64,000 bases of DNA from a virus. Location of the stretch: the IMG/VR virus record IMGVR_UViG_3300015360_000025. One strand, given 5' to 3'. The notes under the pieces are model-generated. The model worked only from the letters and a program-made list of their open reading frames with translations. It did not search any database and was not told the DNA's origin. How positions within the stretch are numbered: the stretch's first letter is position 1; each line of letters opens with the position of its first letter. The translations under genes were made by a program, and so were the position numbers. Shown here in pieces: positions 37,756-47,407 of the stretch.

Positions 37756-38148
37756 ATGTCTGACATCGAAGCAGGTATTAAAGAACAGGTAGGAGAGGAC
37801 GGACTATACGCCGACATCGACCTCGAGAAGATCGCCGCTACTTCTCTTCCTCTTACAAAAAAAGAAGTAGATGCAGCCCTCGCTGCTGAGAGCTGCCCCA
37901 TGTGTGGACAGAAATTTGAGCTGAACGGGATGTGGCAGCTTCAAGCACAGGATCCTACACGTGGTCCACGGACCTGGGACTGTGATTCACTGGCATGTGC
38001 CGCCAGGCTTTTTAAGCGGATGTACCCCGATTCAAGAGGTATCTCCTCCTCAGTGTTGTACGTGGACTACATCAAGAAGATGATCAATCATGCCGCCAAG
38101 GTGATCGTCCAAGAGTCCCACAACTTTCAAAATGTGTACGACCGCTGA
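37756..38148 (+). CDS. Hypothetical protein
   Basis: GAGG RBS; CPMC...C. Confidence 0.6.
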   Translation: MSDIEAGIKEQVGEDGLYADIDLEKIAATSLPLTKKEVDAALAAESCPMCGQKFELNGMWQLQAQDPTRGPRTWDCDSLACAARLFKRMYPDSRGISSSVLYVDYIKKMINHAAKVIVQESHNFQNVYDR

Positions 38149-38247
38149 AGAATGTGTTTCTTTTCGGAAGAGACTGTGGTAATATGTCTCTTATCAACAT
38201 GACGGATACTGCCACCGTCTAATTCTGGCAGCAAACCGAAACGGAGA

Positions 38248-38748
38248 ATGACAAAAATGGATACGAACGAGAACACCAGCACCGAGACCACCACCGACCA
38301 GGCTGCGACCCTCAAGGCCGCAGGTGAGAAGGCGGAGGCTGCGAAGAATGCTCGCCGAGAGCGCGTCGTCAAGGGCAGTCACCTGCTTCCCAGGCTCAAG
38401 GAGTTGGCCACTGCGGCTGGCCTCGAGACCAAGGAGAACAGCGGTTTCCTCAAGGTGAACGGAGGGGTCAAGGGAAAGAATGTCCTGATCGCCAAGAAGG
38501 GTGGACGGGTCGACCTGAGCGGCTTCACGGTCGATGCGGCCGCGATTACCCAGCTTTCGGAGCAGGAGGCTCGTGCCCTGCACCTCGGAAAGGTCCGTGC
38601 TCAGCTTGACTTCAACAAGTCTGATGACGAGGTCCTCGCTTCCTTCTCGGCGGCTGTCGAAGGGTTGAAGGTTCCGAACCAGGAGGCTCCCAAGAAGGCG
38701 GCCAAGGTCGAGGAGACCACCGAAGCGGCACCTGCCGCCGAGGCCTAA
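38248..38748 (+). CDS. Hypothetical protein, paralog of 63318..63824
   Basis: Shared SGF..V.G...K.GRVD.SGFTV...QLD; Ala/Glu/Lys-rich tails. Confidence 0.75.
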   Translation: MTKMDTNENTSTETTTDQAATLKAAGEKAEAAKNARRERVVKGSHLLPRLKELATAAGLETKENSGFLKVNGGVKGKNVLIAKKGGRVDLSGFTVDAAAITQLSEQEARALHLGKVRAQLDFNKSDDEVLASFSAAVEGLKVPNQEAPKKAAKVEETTEAAPAAEA

Positions 38749-38756
38749 GCAGCACT

Positions 38757-38789
38757 GGCGGAGGGTGGGTTCGATTCCCATCTCCCGCC
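38757..38789 (+). ncRNA. tRNA-like acceptor/T-arm minihelix in a 3' UTR
   Basis: GGCGGAG-G-GTGGG TTCGATT CCCAT-CTCCCGCC. Confidence 0.5.
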
Positions 38790-38834
38790 TTGTCCCTCGT
38801 GACAAATTGGACCGGTAATCCGCAAGGGCGAGGG
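38768..38834 (+). ncRNA. Candidate HDV-like (theta-type) ribozyme fold
   Basis: P1, P2, P3, L3 CCCTCGTG, GG for P1.1 and CAA before P2' occur in canonical order; P1 is atypically 9 bp. Confidence 0.3.
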
Positions 38835-38875
38835 TCCTATGAGAGTCGTCTTTGCGCCAGGCGGGCACGTCGGGC

Positions 38876-38939
38876 GCTTAAACGGTTAAGACAACCCACC
38901 TTTAACGGGTTAATGCGAGGTTCGACTCCTCGCCTCTCC
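38876..38939 (+). pseudogene. Degenerate tRNA-Lys(UUU)-like element
   Basis: D-like arm, ACCCA-CCTTTAA-CGGGT anticodon arm, CGAGG-TTCGACT-CCTCG T arm; no matching 5' acceptor strand, no CCA. Confidence 0.4.
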
Positions 38940-38951
38940 TTTGGAGGCATT

Positions 38952-39293
38952 ATGCCAAAACTACCAGATCTTTCGAATCATCGTCACCCAGACCGACCAC
39001 CGGTGAAGAAGTTGACGAGCGGAGACTACGCTTGGCTCTTCACCAAAGTGCTGCTCTTTCTTGGTACGCATGTCGCCACTCTTCTCGTCGCCGTCTGCAC
39101 GGCAACAGCCGTCGGTGGGATCACTTTGCAAGAAACCCAGAACAAGCTGTTCGGTCTCTTGACTGGGATCGGAACATTCATGGCCTGTCTGGCCGGGAGA
39201 GAACTTGTCATTGCCAAAGTCGTTCTGACCTTCTTCAATAAGAAAGACATTGAGGACATGGACAAGGTGATCAATGACGGAGAGAGGAAGTAG
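38952..39293 (+). CDS. Membrane protein (2 TM)
   Basis: ATG 38952 after GGAGG; two hydrophobic helices. Confidence 0.65.
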   Translation: MPKLPDLSNHRHPDRPPVKKLTSGDYAWLFTKVLLFLGTHVATLLVAVCTATAVGGITLQETQNKLFGLLTGIGTFMACLAGRELVIAKVVLTFFNKKDIEDMDKVINDGERK

Positions 39294-39323
39294 GTGTACC
39301 TCTCGTATGTGCTGGGGTAGAAT
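39294..39323 (+). promoter_or_regulatory. Early promoter
   Basis: GTGTAC-N18-TAGAAT. Confidence 0.6.
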
Positions 39324-39329
39324 ACCTCC

Positions 39330-40568
39330 ATGGACCTGAAAACACTAGAAGCGGTGGCAACCGTCGGCTCGAAGCTGGAGAAGGAGCGTCTTCTTAAGAC
39401 GGTCGGACCAGACACAATCAAATTCTTGAAGTGGGCATTGGACCCGATGATCACGTTCGGCGTGACCGTGGAACAGGACAGCCTCATCCGAACCAGAGGA
39501 GACAACGTCCTCTTCTCCAAGCTCTTGGGCGAAGACCAGTATTGGCATCTGGTCGACGACCTCTGTCTCAAGCTCTCCTCACGGGAGCTGACAGGGAATA
39601 GTGCTACCGGGGAGATCGAGAAGATCTTGCTTGGAGCCCCATCTACAGAACACCTTGTCTGGGCTGCCCGAATCCTCAACAAAGACCTCAGGGCCGGCTT
39701 CAGCATGAGCACCCTGAACAAGGCGCACCCGGGTTGCATTGAGAAGGAGATTCCATGCTCGTTGGCCAAGCCGTACGACCCAGAAAAGCATGAGATCCGA
39801 GGGGCCTGGTGTGTCGAACCGAAGCTGGATGGGCTACGGATGGTAGTGGTCAATGGCCTCGCATACACGAGGAACGGCAGGCCCATCGACAGCGTGGGAC
39901 ACATCTTAGAAGAGCTTAAGATCCTGGGCAACGATTACGTCTGGGACGGCGAGATCATGGGAGCCACTGGTTTCGACGAGGATTCGGGAAAGATCCGCAA
40001 GAAGGGGGAAGGCCCGAATCTCTCATTGGTCTACAACATCTTCGATTGCATTTGGAAGTCCGAGTGGGATGCCCGTAAGACCAAGCCGTACAACGACCGG
40101 CGAATGTATATGTTCGAGGCCTTAGGCACTCTCGCTCCGAAGTACAGTCGTATGGTTCCGTTGACCCTACTGACAGACCCCACGACGGAACAGCTGTTTG
40201 CCGCACGGGACGAGTACATCAAGATGGGTTTCGAAGGCGCGATGCTGAAGGACATGCAGTCTCCCTACGTTTTCAAGCGTTCGGACGCCATCCTGAAGCT
40301 CAAGACATTCGTGGATGCGGATGGAAAGATCACGGATTCCTTCGAAGGGAAGGGTCGGCATAAGGGTCGACTTGGCGGTTTCATTGTCGAATTTGACGGA
40401 GTACTGACTAGAGTTGGTGGCGGTTTCTCCGATGCGGAGAGAACATACCTTTGGAAGAACCGGGGTGAGATCGTCGGTTCGATGATAGAGGTTAAGTACC
40501 AGAACAAGACCGAGGAAGGTAGCCTCCGCTTCCCAGTCTTCGTCAAGTTCCGTCCCGACAAGGATTAA
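39330..40568 (+). CDS. ATP-dependent DNA ligase
   Basis: EPKLDGLR, WDGE, YNIFD, EGAMLK, KLK, VGGGFSD, LRFPVF. Confidence 0.95.
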   Translation: MDLKTLEAVATVGSKLEKERLLKTVGPDTIKFLKWALDPMITFGVTVEQDSLIRTRGDNVLFSKLLGEDQYWHLVDDLCLKLSSRELTGNSATGEIEKILLGAPSTEHLVWAARILNKDLRAGFSMSTLNKAHPGCIEKEIPCSLAKPYDPEKHEIRGAWCVEPKLDGLRMVVVNGLAYTRNGRPIDSVGHILEELKILGNDYVWDGEIMGATGFDEDSGKIRKKGEGPNLSLVYNIFDCIWKSEWDARKTKPYNDRRMYMFEALGTLAPKYSRMVPLTLLTDPTTEQLFAARDEYIKMGFEGAMLKDMQSPYVFKRSDAILKLKTFVDADGKITDSFEGKGRHKGRLGGFIVEFDGVLTRVGGGFSDAERTYLWKNRGEIVGSMIEVKYQNKTEEGSLRFPVFVKFRPDKD

Positions 40569-40570
40569 CG

Positions 40571-40918
40571 ATGAAAGAAAAGAAAACAGAGATTCACCGT
40601 CGCGTAGCAGGTCTTCGCGTGTCAGCTGGAGGTAAATCGACGCCTCAGTGTCGATTGATCTACGAGGTCACGTACCTCTACCAGAGCAAGGGTCTTCTTC
40701 GTACGGAGACAGCTGTTGAGAGCGGCCATGCCGTGTACACGATGCCCGGTATGGAAGAGCTCAACACCAAGAAACCTTCGCAGAAGAAATGTAGGAAGTA
40801 CGATCTACAGACACGACCTGATCTTTTCGACAACATTCACGCGGCTGCAGTTCTGATGAATGGACTGGAGAATGCGTGTCTTTCTCTCGATGAATTCCAC
40901 GGTGTTAAGTTGAAGTAG
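40571..40918 (+). CDS. Hypothetical protein
   Basis: 115-aa ORF. Confidence 0.55.
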   Translation: MKEKKTEIHRRVAGLRVSAGGKSTPQCRLIYEVTYLYQSKGLLRTETAVESGHAVYTMPGMEELNTKKPSQKKCRKYDLQTRPDLFDNIHAAAVLMNGLENACLSLDEFHGVKLK

Positions 40919-40926
40919 GAGGAGTC

Positions 40927-41274
40927 ATGCGCGAACCGACCAAGCAAGAACGCTTGACAGCCATCGTCGAGACGGTGTTGGGTAACGTTGGTAAGATGCT
41001 CTCAGGTTCCAAGAGCGACTACTCGAACAGACACCCGAAGAACATCGTCTTCTTCAACGGAAACATCTTCGACAAGGACGGAGTTAAGCTTTGGTACGGG
41101 GATATCGATCTCACCAAGGACGCTTCGAAGCTGGAGCAAATCGCTCATCTCCTTGACGAGAGCATCTACGTCACGGCCGAATTGCCCTTCCGCTGGGAAG
41201 AACAGACGACTGCTCACCTCGAGGAAGCTTGCGCTGAGACCGCGTATTCCCTGGCCAATAAGATCAATCCGTGA
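40927..41274 (+). CDS. Hypothetical protein
   Basis: AGGAGG RBS; 115 aa. Confidence 0.7.
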   Translation: MREPTKQERLTAIVETVLGNVGKMLSGSKSDYSNRHPKNIVFFNGNIFDKDGVKLWYGDIDLTKDASKLEQIAHLLDESIYVTAELPFRWEEQTTAHLEEACAETAYSLANKINP

Positions 41275-41446
41275 GCGAGCACAAGTGGAAGTCTGATGGG
41301 CTTTCCGGTGGCCACCGTGGCGAGTATTACTACGCACGCACCGTGTGTGGTTCTAGCGTCTGCCAGAGGAGCTAGTTATGGCACCGAAGACCAGCTGTAC
41401 AGCGACAAACCCTGTATCGATCCCCGGGGCAAAGGAAAAACAAGAC

Positions 41447-42723
41447 ATGAGTAATAAGACTATCAAGCTGAACTTCTACACGGAGCCCGTCCGGACCACG
41501 ACCGGTCTAAAGTATTATGGACTTTGCCGTCAGCTTTCCGCCGTGAAGTACGGACCCAAGGCGAATCGGGACACCGCCCTCAGCGGTGCGAAGCGCCAGG
41601 CAAAGAACCTGATCGTCGTCGGGTTTACACCCGGCGACACTGCGTTCCAGGCGTTCGTCCGGTACGGAGGCCAGGTCGCCAAGCAGCCGACTGGGCCTTC
41701 CAAGGTTTCCCCTGCTGCCTTCACCGTTCCTTCTAAGCGGAAGGTCAACCGCATCTGTCTGGTCATTGACCGGTCTTGTTCGATGGGTCATCTGACAGTC
41801 GCCGCTGTCAAGGCGCTGAATGACAACATCGAAACGATTCGGGCCCAGGCCCGACTGACTGGACAGACGACCTTCATCACCGTCCTCTCCTTCGATGACA
41901 CGATTACCGCCATCCGGCAGAACACGAACGTCGAGGTGATCGAGCCGATCCTGACCTCCGAGGTCATCGCCCGTGGCCAGACAGCTCTCTTCGACGCCGT
42001 TGGTGAGGCGATCAAGGGATTGCAGGGCGCCTTCACCTTCCACGACGAGGACTCTTCCTACTTGATCATGGCGATTACGGATAGCCAGGAGAACAGTTCG
42101 AGGAACTTCACGGCAGCCACCCTGCGGACGTGCATGCAGACGGTCATCGCCACGGACCGCTGGACCCTCTCCTTCCTCTTGCCGCCTGGGGCGAAGAACA
42201 ACTTCGTCAGCCAGTTCGGGATCCCGGAGGGGAATGTTGCTGAGTGGGAGGGAACTACCCGAGGAGTACAGACGTATACGCAGCAGAACACCGCTGGCAT
42301 CTCAAGCTATTACAGTGATCGCTCCCTCGGTCTGAACTCGACAAAATCATTCTACACGGACCTGAGCGGACTCACCTCCAAGCAGGTTAAGACGCAGTTG
42401 GACGATCTCTCTGCCAACGTCCGCATCCTGCCTGTCGATCGAGAGCAGTACATTCGCTCCTTTGTGGAGGCAAAGCTCGGTTCTGCATTTTACCAGCTCA
42501 CCAAGGACGAGAAGAATGTCCAAGACTACAAGAGACTTCTGGTCATGGAGAAAGGGAAGAGGGCAGTATTCGGTGGACCTGACGCCAGCTCGTCCTCGGC
42601 ATCCCTGACGGTGACTTGAAGATCAAGCCTGGCAACCATGGCAACTTCGACATCTTCGTCCAATCCACCAGCTTGAACCGAAAGCTGGTCCGTGGCACCA
42701 AGCTCCTGGTCAAGACAAACTGA
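41447..42723 (+). pseudogene. vWA-domain protein with a frameshift near 42583
   Basis: VIDRSCSM MIDAS, TALFDA, ITDSQEN; C-terminus LVLGIPDG...DIFVQSTSLNRKL...* is in another frame. Confidence 0.75.
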
Positions 42724-42902
42724 ACTCCAGTCCCGGAAGTCCACCGCATTCGGGGCAGAACGTAAGGATGGTGGTAGTCAACGGTAGTGGTCAGCATCAT
42801 GACCTATCGATTCCGTGCACGCGTGTCCCGGCGATACGGGAGGATGGCTCCTAGAGAGGCTCGCGTGGCCCCGGCGATACGGGGCATTTCTGTTTCCGGT
42901 GA

Positions 42903-42932
42903 TTGTACTTCTGGAAGTAGAGGTGTTAAAAT
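42903..42932 (+). promoter_or_regulatory. Early promoter with palindromic spacer
   Basis: TTGTAC-N18-TAAAAT; ACTTCT-N6-AGAGGT. Confidence 0.75.
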
Positions 42933-42973
42933 CTCTTCACCATTGCAGCTCACCTCTTCTCCACAGGAAAAGA

Positions 42974-43939
42974 ATGCAGACCATAATCTCCAAGAACGCC
43001 AAAGTCGAAGTATTGAAGGACATCGTCGTCCCTCCCAAGTTTTACCAGCGGATCGATCTTGGTGTGCCAATCCTTAACGAGATCTTCGGTGGCCAGGAGA
43101 TGCCGGGCATTCTGCCTGGTACGACTTTCCTGTTCACCGGGACCCCGGGCGCAGGGAAGTCCACCATGGCCCTCCAGCTCGCCGACCTCTTCTCCAAGAA
43201 TGCAGGTCGAAACGTGCTGTACAACATCGGTGAAGAGAACCGATACATGATCAAGATGCGCGCCGACCGCCTCGGAATCAACGGGAACTTCTGCATCAAC
43301 CAGATCGAACAGGTCGATGAGCTTATCAAGTTCTGCGATGACAACGGGGTCGAGGTCCTGTTCCAGGATTCGCTCCAGTCGTTGCGTGATGGGGAGCTCG
43401 ATGGCAATGCATTGCTAAAGTCCGTGGTCAAGAAGCTCCAGGCCTGGAAAGAGACCAGCGATGTCACGATGTTCATCATCGGCCACGTCACCAAAGGCGG
43501 AATCTTCGCCGGTCCCAACGAGCTCAAGCACGATGTGGATGCCCATGCCCACCTGAAGAATAACCCAGACTCCGGGAACCGAGTGTTCGAGATCCAGAAG
43601 AATCGGTTCGGGCCAGCTTGCACGCCGTACGAGTTCAGCATCTCTTCACAGGGATTGGACTTCCAGGAGTTGAAGCCGGAGACTGACGACGTTGTGGCTC
43701 AAGGGGCTGGCTCCAGCCGTACGGCTGACCGCCGCGACCGCATCATGAAGCTCATCAAGGAGCGACTCTTGGCTGGGGAGAAGATCTCGGGCTACTGCTT
43801 CGAGCGACTCGACGTGGAGTGCTCCGGCGGATTCTGGAGAGGGATGCTCGCTCGAGCATGCAAGGAACTCCAGAACGAAGGGAAGACCATCGAGGAGACC
43901 CGCGTCGATGGTCGCCTTCACAACTACGTAAATGTCTAA
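42974..43939 (+). CDS. RadA/Sms-like RecA-fold ATPase (no Zn finger or Lon domain)
   Basis: GTPGAGKST, GEE, QDSLQ, IGHVTKGG.FAGP..LKHDVDA, KNRFG. Confidence 0.85.
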   Translation: MQTIISKNAKVEVLKDIVVPPKFYQRIDLGVPILNEIFGGQEMPGILPGTTFLFTGTPGAGKSTMALQLADLFSKNAGRNVLYNIGEENRYMIKMRADRLGINGNFCINQIEQVDELIKFCDDNGVEVLFQDSLQSLRDGELDGNALLKSVVKKLQAWKETSDVTMFIIGHVTKGGIFAGPNELKHDVDAHAHLKNNPDSGNRVFEIQKNRFGPACTPYEFSISSQGLDFQELKPETDDVVAQGAGSSRTADRRDRIMKLIKERLLAGEKISGYCFERLDVECSGGFWRGMLARACKELQNEGKTIEETRVDGRLHNYVNV

Positions 43940-43942
43940 GCC

Positions 43943-44209
43943 ATGGGAAGGATCATACCATACATCTTCTTCGCCATGGGTCTGTTCTTCTTCCTGCGCG
44001 GGGTGGCAGCTCTGTTGCTCCTCCTCGTCATGGTTATCATGACCCCGCTCTTCTTGTACGCATACTACTCGGCTAAGAACAAGGAGTACAAACGTGTCAC
44101 AGCCATCCTGAGCTCGACCGAGCGGACCATCAATCAGGCCTACGAGCAGATGTACTTTGCGAAAGACGCCCCTCCAGACCTTGACGAGAGAGGGATACCG
44201 TACCTCTAA
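43943..44209 (+). CDS. Membrane protein
   Basis: Long N-terminal hydrophobic stretch. Confidence 0.6.
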   Translation: MGRIIPYIFFAMGLFFFLRGVAALLLLLVMVIMTPLFLYAYYSAKNKEYKRVTAILSSTERTINQAYEQMYFAKDAPPDLDERGIPYL

Positions 44210-44210
44210 G

Positions 44211-44240
44211 TTGTACTTCTGGAGATAGAGGTGGTAGATT
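44211..44240 (+). promoter_or_regulatory. Early promoter with palindromic spacer
   Basis: TTGTAC-N18-TAGATT; ACTTCT-N6-AGAGGT. Confidence 0.75.
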
Positions 44241-44266
44241 AGACAATCACCTCTACAGGAGTTACC

Positions 44267-44719
44267 ATGGAAGATGTCCAAGCCGAAGAGCTCCCCGCTA
44301 ACGACGGGGTGAAGTGTCTCGACTGTGAGTGCTGCCACCAGGGCGGGTACTGCTCATGCAAGTACGCTGTCACCCATTCAGTTGAGCTGAATGCGAGGTC
44401 GGGTCACAGGTATCTGATCCGTCCCGACCTCGGGCTGGGGGTTACCATGTACGGTTGGTCCGATCGTCACTCTGGGACTATCGTGTATGTCTCAGACAAC
44501 CTCAAGGAGATCATCGTTCAGGCGGATCGTGCTGTACGGACGGACAACAACGGAATGTCCGAGTGTCAGCAGTACAAGTTTTTCAGGGCACTCTCTGATG
44601 GAGGATCACGCTACACACTTCGGAAGAACGGACGCTGGATCCTGGCTGGTACAGACCTTCATAATGGTCAAGCCATTAGCCTCGGCAGCAGGGACGAGTA
44701 CTACGACTTCTCTTTCTAG
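44267..44719 (+). CDS. Conserved phage hypothetical protein
   Basis: GVTMYGWSDRH...RKNGRW...GSRDEYYDFSF; AGGAG RBS. Confidence 0.7.
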   Translation: MEDVQAEELPANDGVKCLDCECCHQGGYCSCKYAVTHSVELNARSGHRYLIRPDLGLGVTMYGWSDRHSGTIVYVSDNLKEIIVQADRAVRTDNNGMSECQQYKFFRALSDGGSRYTLRKNGRWILAGTDLHNGQAISLGSRDEYYDFSF

Positions 44720-44729
44720 GAGCACCCAC

Positions 44730-44939
44730 ATGGCGAAGCAATGGATGGGAACACCACCGATCGAGTGCGATCTTTGTCGCAGCAAGATCAAGGATAAGTT
44801 CGTTGATGGAGCTACCAGACAAGGACCGTGGGGGTGCCTGTGCCAGATATGTCACAAAACGCAGGGCGTTGGGCTCGGGATGGGGAAGGGCCAGATGTAC
44901 CAGTTGCAAGGTAAGAACTGGGTGAAGATCGGCGGATGA
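44730..44939 (+). CDS. Small Zn-binding hypothetical protein
   Basis: CDLC...DGAT..GPW..LC..C...GLGMGKGQ.Y. Confidence 0.7.
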   Translation: MAKQWMGTPPIECDLCRSKIKDKFVDGATRQGPWGCLCQICHKTQGVGLGMGKGQMYQLQGKNWVKIGG

Positions 44940-44940
44940 C

Positions 44941-45258
44941 GTGACTATCAAGTCTGGCCAGACGATGTACCGAGTACGAGGCCCTGACGGGATGTGGGTT
45001 CGCAAGGGTCCCAACATCACCAAGATCTACTGGGTTAAGAACGAGGAGATGGCCACCTTCTGGCGAAAGTTAAGCCACCTGAAAAACGCCGTGGCCCAGG
45101 GGATTTTCAGTAACAAGGACAATCTTGACGGTCTTCCTTTAGCGGCCTTACAGGTGGTAGAGTACGTGGTGACGCTGCAGCGGACGAGACGGAAGGAGCG
45201 ACTTACGGAGTTAACCGAGTTTTACAAGGAGAGTACCGATGGCTCGAAGGACATTTAA
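44941..45258 (+). CDS. Hypothetical protein
   Basis: 105-aa ORF. Confidence 0.6.
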   Translation: MTIKSGQTMYRVRGPDGMWVRKGPNITKIYWVKNEEMATFWRKLSHLKNAVAQGIFSNKDNLDGLPLAALQVVEYVVTLQRTRRKERLTELTEFYKESTDGSKDI

Positions 45259-45454
45259 CGAGTGGTTGGCAGAGCTGAAGGAAGTCGTGCGAGACCAATT
45301 CGAGATGGAGATCGACGAATTCCCCGAGTTCGATGTCGTTGACGCCCGGTCCTACTATGAGGAAGGTAGTCAACCGTCACTGTACTTCAAGGAGTGTCTG
45401 GCCGAACACGATGAGGACGGCGAAGAGATCGCAGACATCATGCGAGCGCTTTGA
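45239..45454 (+). CDS. Small acidic hypothetical protein
   Basis: AGGAG RBS. Confidence 0.65.
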   Translation: MARRTFNEWLAELKEVVRDQFEMEIDEFPEFDVVDARSYYEEGSQPSLYFKECLAEHDEDGEEIADIMRAL

Positions 45455-45882
45455 TACTGGCTGATTTCCTGGCCCAAGTCATTGTCGGTGGTTGCGTCGG
45501 GATTATCATAGAGGCTTTGTACACAGGCATTCATTCAGCTATCTTCCTCAAAGACAGGAATGCCGTCTGTCGTACATCCCTCTGGATGATTCCGATTTAC
45601 GGGCTCGGGTGCTACCTCATGACGGCTCTGCGACACGTCTGTCCCAACCAAGCAGTCTTCATCCCGGTAGGCACGCTATTTATCTTCCTGATGGAGTACA
45701 TCTCAGGGTGGTTGCTTCGTCGGATCGGTGTCAAAGCATGGGACTACAGCCAGGCGCGTTTCAACCTGCATGGCTTGATACGCGCCGACTACTTTCTCTT
45801 CTGGCTCATGGTGACAGTGGCCTTCGATCAGCTTGCTGATTACGTGTCAAGAATTTTCACTCTCATAGGGTCAATGGCATGA
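45451..45882 (+). CDS. ABC_trans_CmpB-like membrane protein
   Basis: WMIPIYG, EYISG, AWDYS..FN..G.I...Y...W. Confidence 0.75.
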   Translation: MILADFLAQVIVGGCVGIIIEALYTGIHSAIFLKDRNAVCRTSLWMIPIYGLGCYLMTALRHVCPNQAVFIPVGTLFIFLMEYISGWLLRRIGVKAWDYSQARFNLHGLIRADYFLFWLMVTVAFDQLADYVSRIFTLIGSMA

Positions 45883-45891
45883 CGCAAGATG

Positions 45892-45921
45892 GTGTCATTC
45901 TAGTTTTAGACGTGGTACAAT
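45892..45921 (+). promoter_or_regulatory. Early promoter
   Basis: GTGTCA-N18-TACAAT with TG extension. Confidence 0.6.
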
Positions 45922-45927
45922 GAAGCC

Positions 45928-46581
45928 ATGGCTAATCGTATTGTCTTCTCAGAGTTTAATGAACGTCTAGTCGGCCTGACAAAGACCGAGGTGAAAGACC
46001 TCGTCGATGTTCTCTACCGCACCGGTGATGGGAACTTCGTTATTCACGGTCATATGAGAGCCGGTGAGAAGCCGGCAATCCGTGGGCTTTGTGTCGGCGA
46101 CAACTTATTTGGCTCCGTGGAGATCTACATCGCTCCCGAACGAATCGTGAAATCGTATCATGAGGGACGTCCAGTTGGCGGGAACCGTCCGGCTCTGAGC
46201 CAGAAGATGGCGGTGGCGGCAGTGCTGGCTCACGAGCTACAGCATGCTAACCAGTATCGTGTACATAACTCTACCCACAGCTCCTTCTTCGGAAAGAAGC
46301 GTAGCAAGTACCGGGCCAGAGCTTCGGAACGTGAGGCCAGGAATTTCGCTGACGAGAATGTGGAGGTCATAGCACGTGTACTTGGAGTCGAGCTTCCAAA
46401 GAAGAAGTGCGCTGCCGTGCAGATCGATAACGTCGAGATGATAGCCAAGTGGTTAGCGGATGTCGGGGACGTGGAAGTCGTGGACATCGTGGAGGAGCTA
46501 CGCAGCATAGGCATGAACAATGCTGCCAACGTGGCCAAGGTCAAGGAACTTCTGATACTTTCAGGCGCCTTCACTTCTTGA
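45928..46581 (+). CDS. HExxH zincin-like protein
   Basis: LAHELQHANQY...EREARNFA. Confidence 0.7.
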   Translation: MANRIVFSEFNERLVGLTKTEVKDLVDVLYRTGDGNFVIHGHMRAGEKPAIRGLCVGDNLFGSVEIYIAPERIVKSYHEGRPVGGNRPALSQKMAVAAVLAHELQHANQYRVHNSTHSSFFGKKRSKYRARASEREARNFADENVEVIARVLGVELPKKKCAAVQIDNVEMIAKWLADVGDVEVVDIVEELRSIGMNNAANVAKVKELLILSGAFTS

Positions 46582-46598
46582 ATTAGAAGTGATAAAGT
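46569..46598 (+). promoter_or_regulatory. Operator/promoter copy
   Basis: Perfect IR TCACTTCT-TGAATT-AGAAGTGA followed by TAAAGT. Confidence 0.6.
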
Positions 46599-46733
46599 AT
46601 CTTTCATAGGAGAATAAACTATGCATTTATGCACCGAAGAACTTCAGATGGTACTTTTCGTTCTGAGCGCCGGGGCGGAGCACGTCGGACGATACGTCAA
46701 GGCTTACGGCATGTACGCTTGTGACTGCGCTCG

Positions 46734-47114
46734 GTGTCTGACAAGGAAATTCTTCTCGTGAAGAAGACTCTCGTATTCACGTCTCCGCATCCGTTCGACA
46801 GGATTATGGTATGGGATATCTCTGAGAAGTACATGAGGGATGCGGCATACATCCAGTTGTTCGATATCATGGACGGTGAAGTGAATGCATTCTTCGATCG
46901 TGACTCGGTAGTGTGCGCCCTCCATCCTCTAGCTCGGAAGGGAAACCCCGAAGCCTGTGAGGCGCTGCTCTGTTACACACGGAACAAGGAGCCGTGCTTC
47001 CAGGAGATCGAGGTGACTTCGGCCTTTGGTGTCCGACTCGTGGAACCTCGCAGGCCGGTGATCGTTGTTCCCGTAGACATCTCAGACCTTGATATGCTCC
47101 CGGAGCCCACGTGA
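46734..47114 (+). CDS. Hypothetical protein
   Basis: 126-aa ORF. Confidence 0.55.
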   Translation: MSDKEILLVKKTLVFTSPHPFDRIMVWDISEKYMRDAAYIQLFDIMDGEVNAFFDRDSVVCALHPLARKGNPEACEALLCYTRNKEPCFQEIEVTSAFGVRLVEPRRPVIVVPVDISDLDMLPEPT

Positions 47115-47407
47115 AGATTAAGACGCAGACTGGTTCGTTTTACGAGATAGACCTCTTAGAGAAGAAGTTCCGTCGTTTAACAGGTGATGGCACTCCGACC
47201 CCTCGGACGGGTGATGACGTGGTGTGGAAGAACTACCTGGCCGTCACATTTCCAAGGGTCGGTGATAGAGTCTTTGTGACGTGGCGCCACACTGATGAAT
47301 GCAGCCAGTGTACCACTACATCACCCGTATCCGAGATCACAGACATTACCGAGTCTGACATGGCAGTCTGCATGTCTTTCGGTAGGGACAGCCAGAACTC
47401 ATGTTAG
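47111..47407 (+). CDS. Hypothetical protein
   Basis: IKTQTGSFYEID...TTSPV..I. Confidence 0.6.
   Translation: MKIKTQTGSFYEIDLLEKKFRRLTGDGTPTPRTGDDVVWKNYLAVTFPRVGDRVFVTWRHTDECSQCTTTSPVSEITDITESDMAVCMSFGRDSQNSC

Noticed and set aside
38757-38939. Functional tRNA genes or tmRNA
   Set aside because: No complete cloverleaf, no CCA, no tag ORF
39026-39931. 301-aa minus-strand ORF
   Set aside because: Shadow of the DNA ligase; no independent signal
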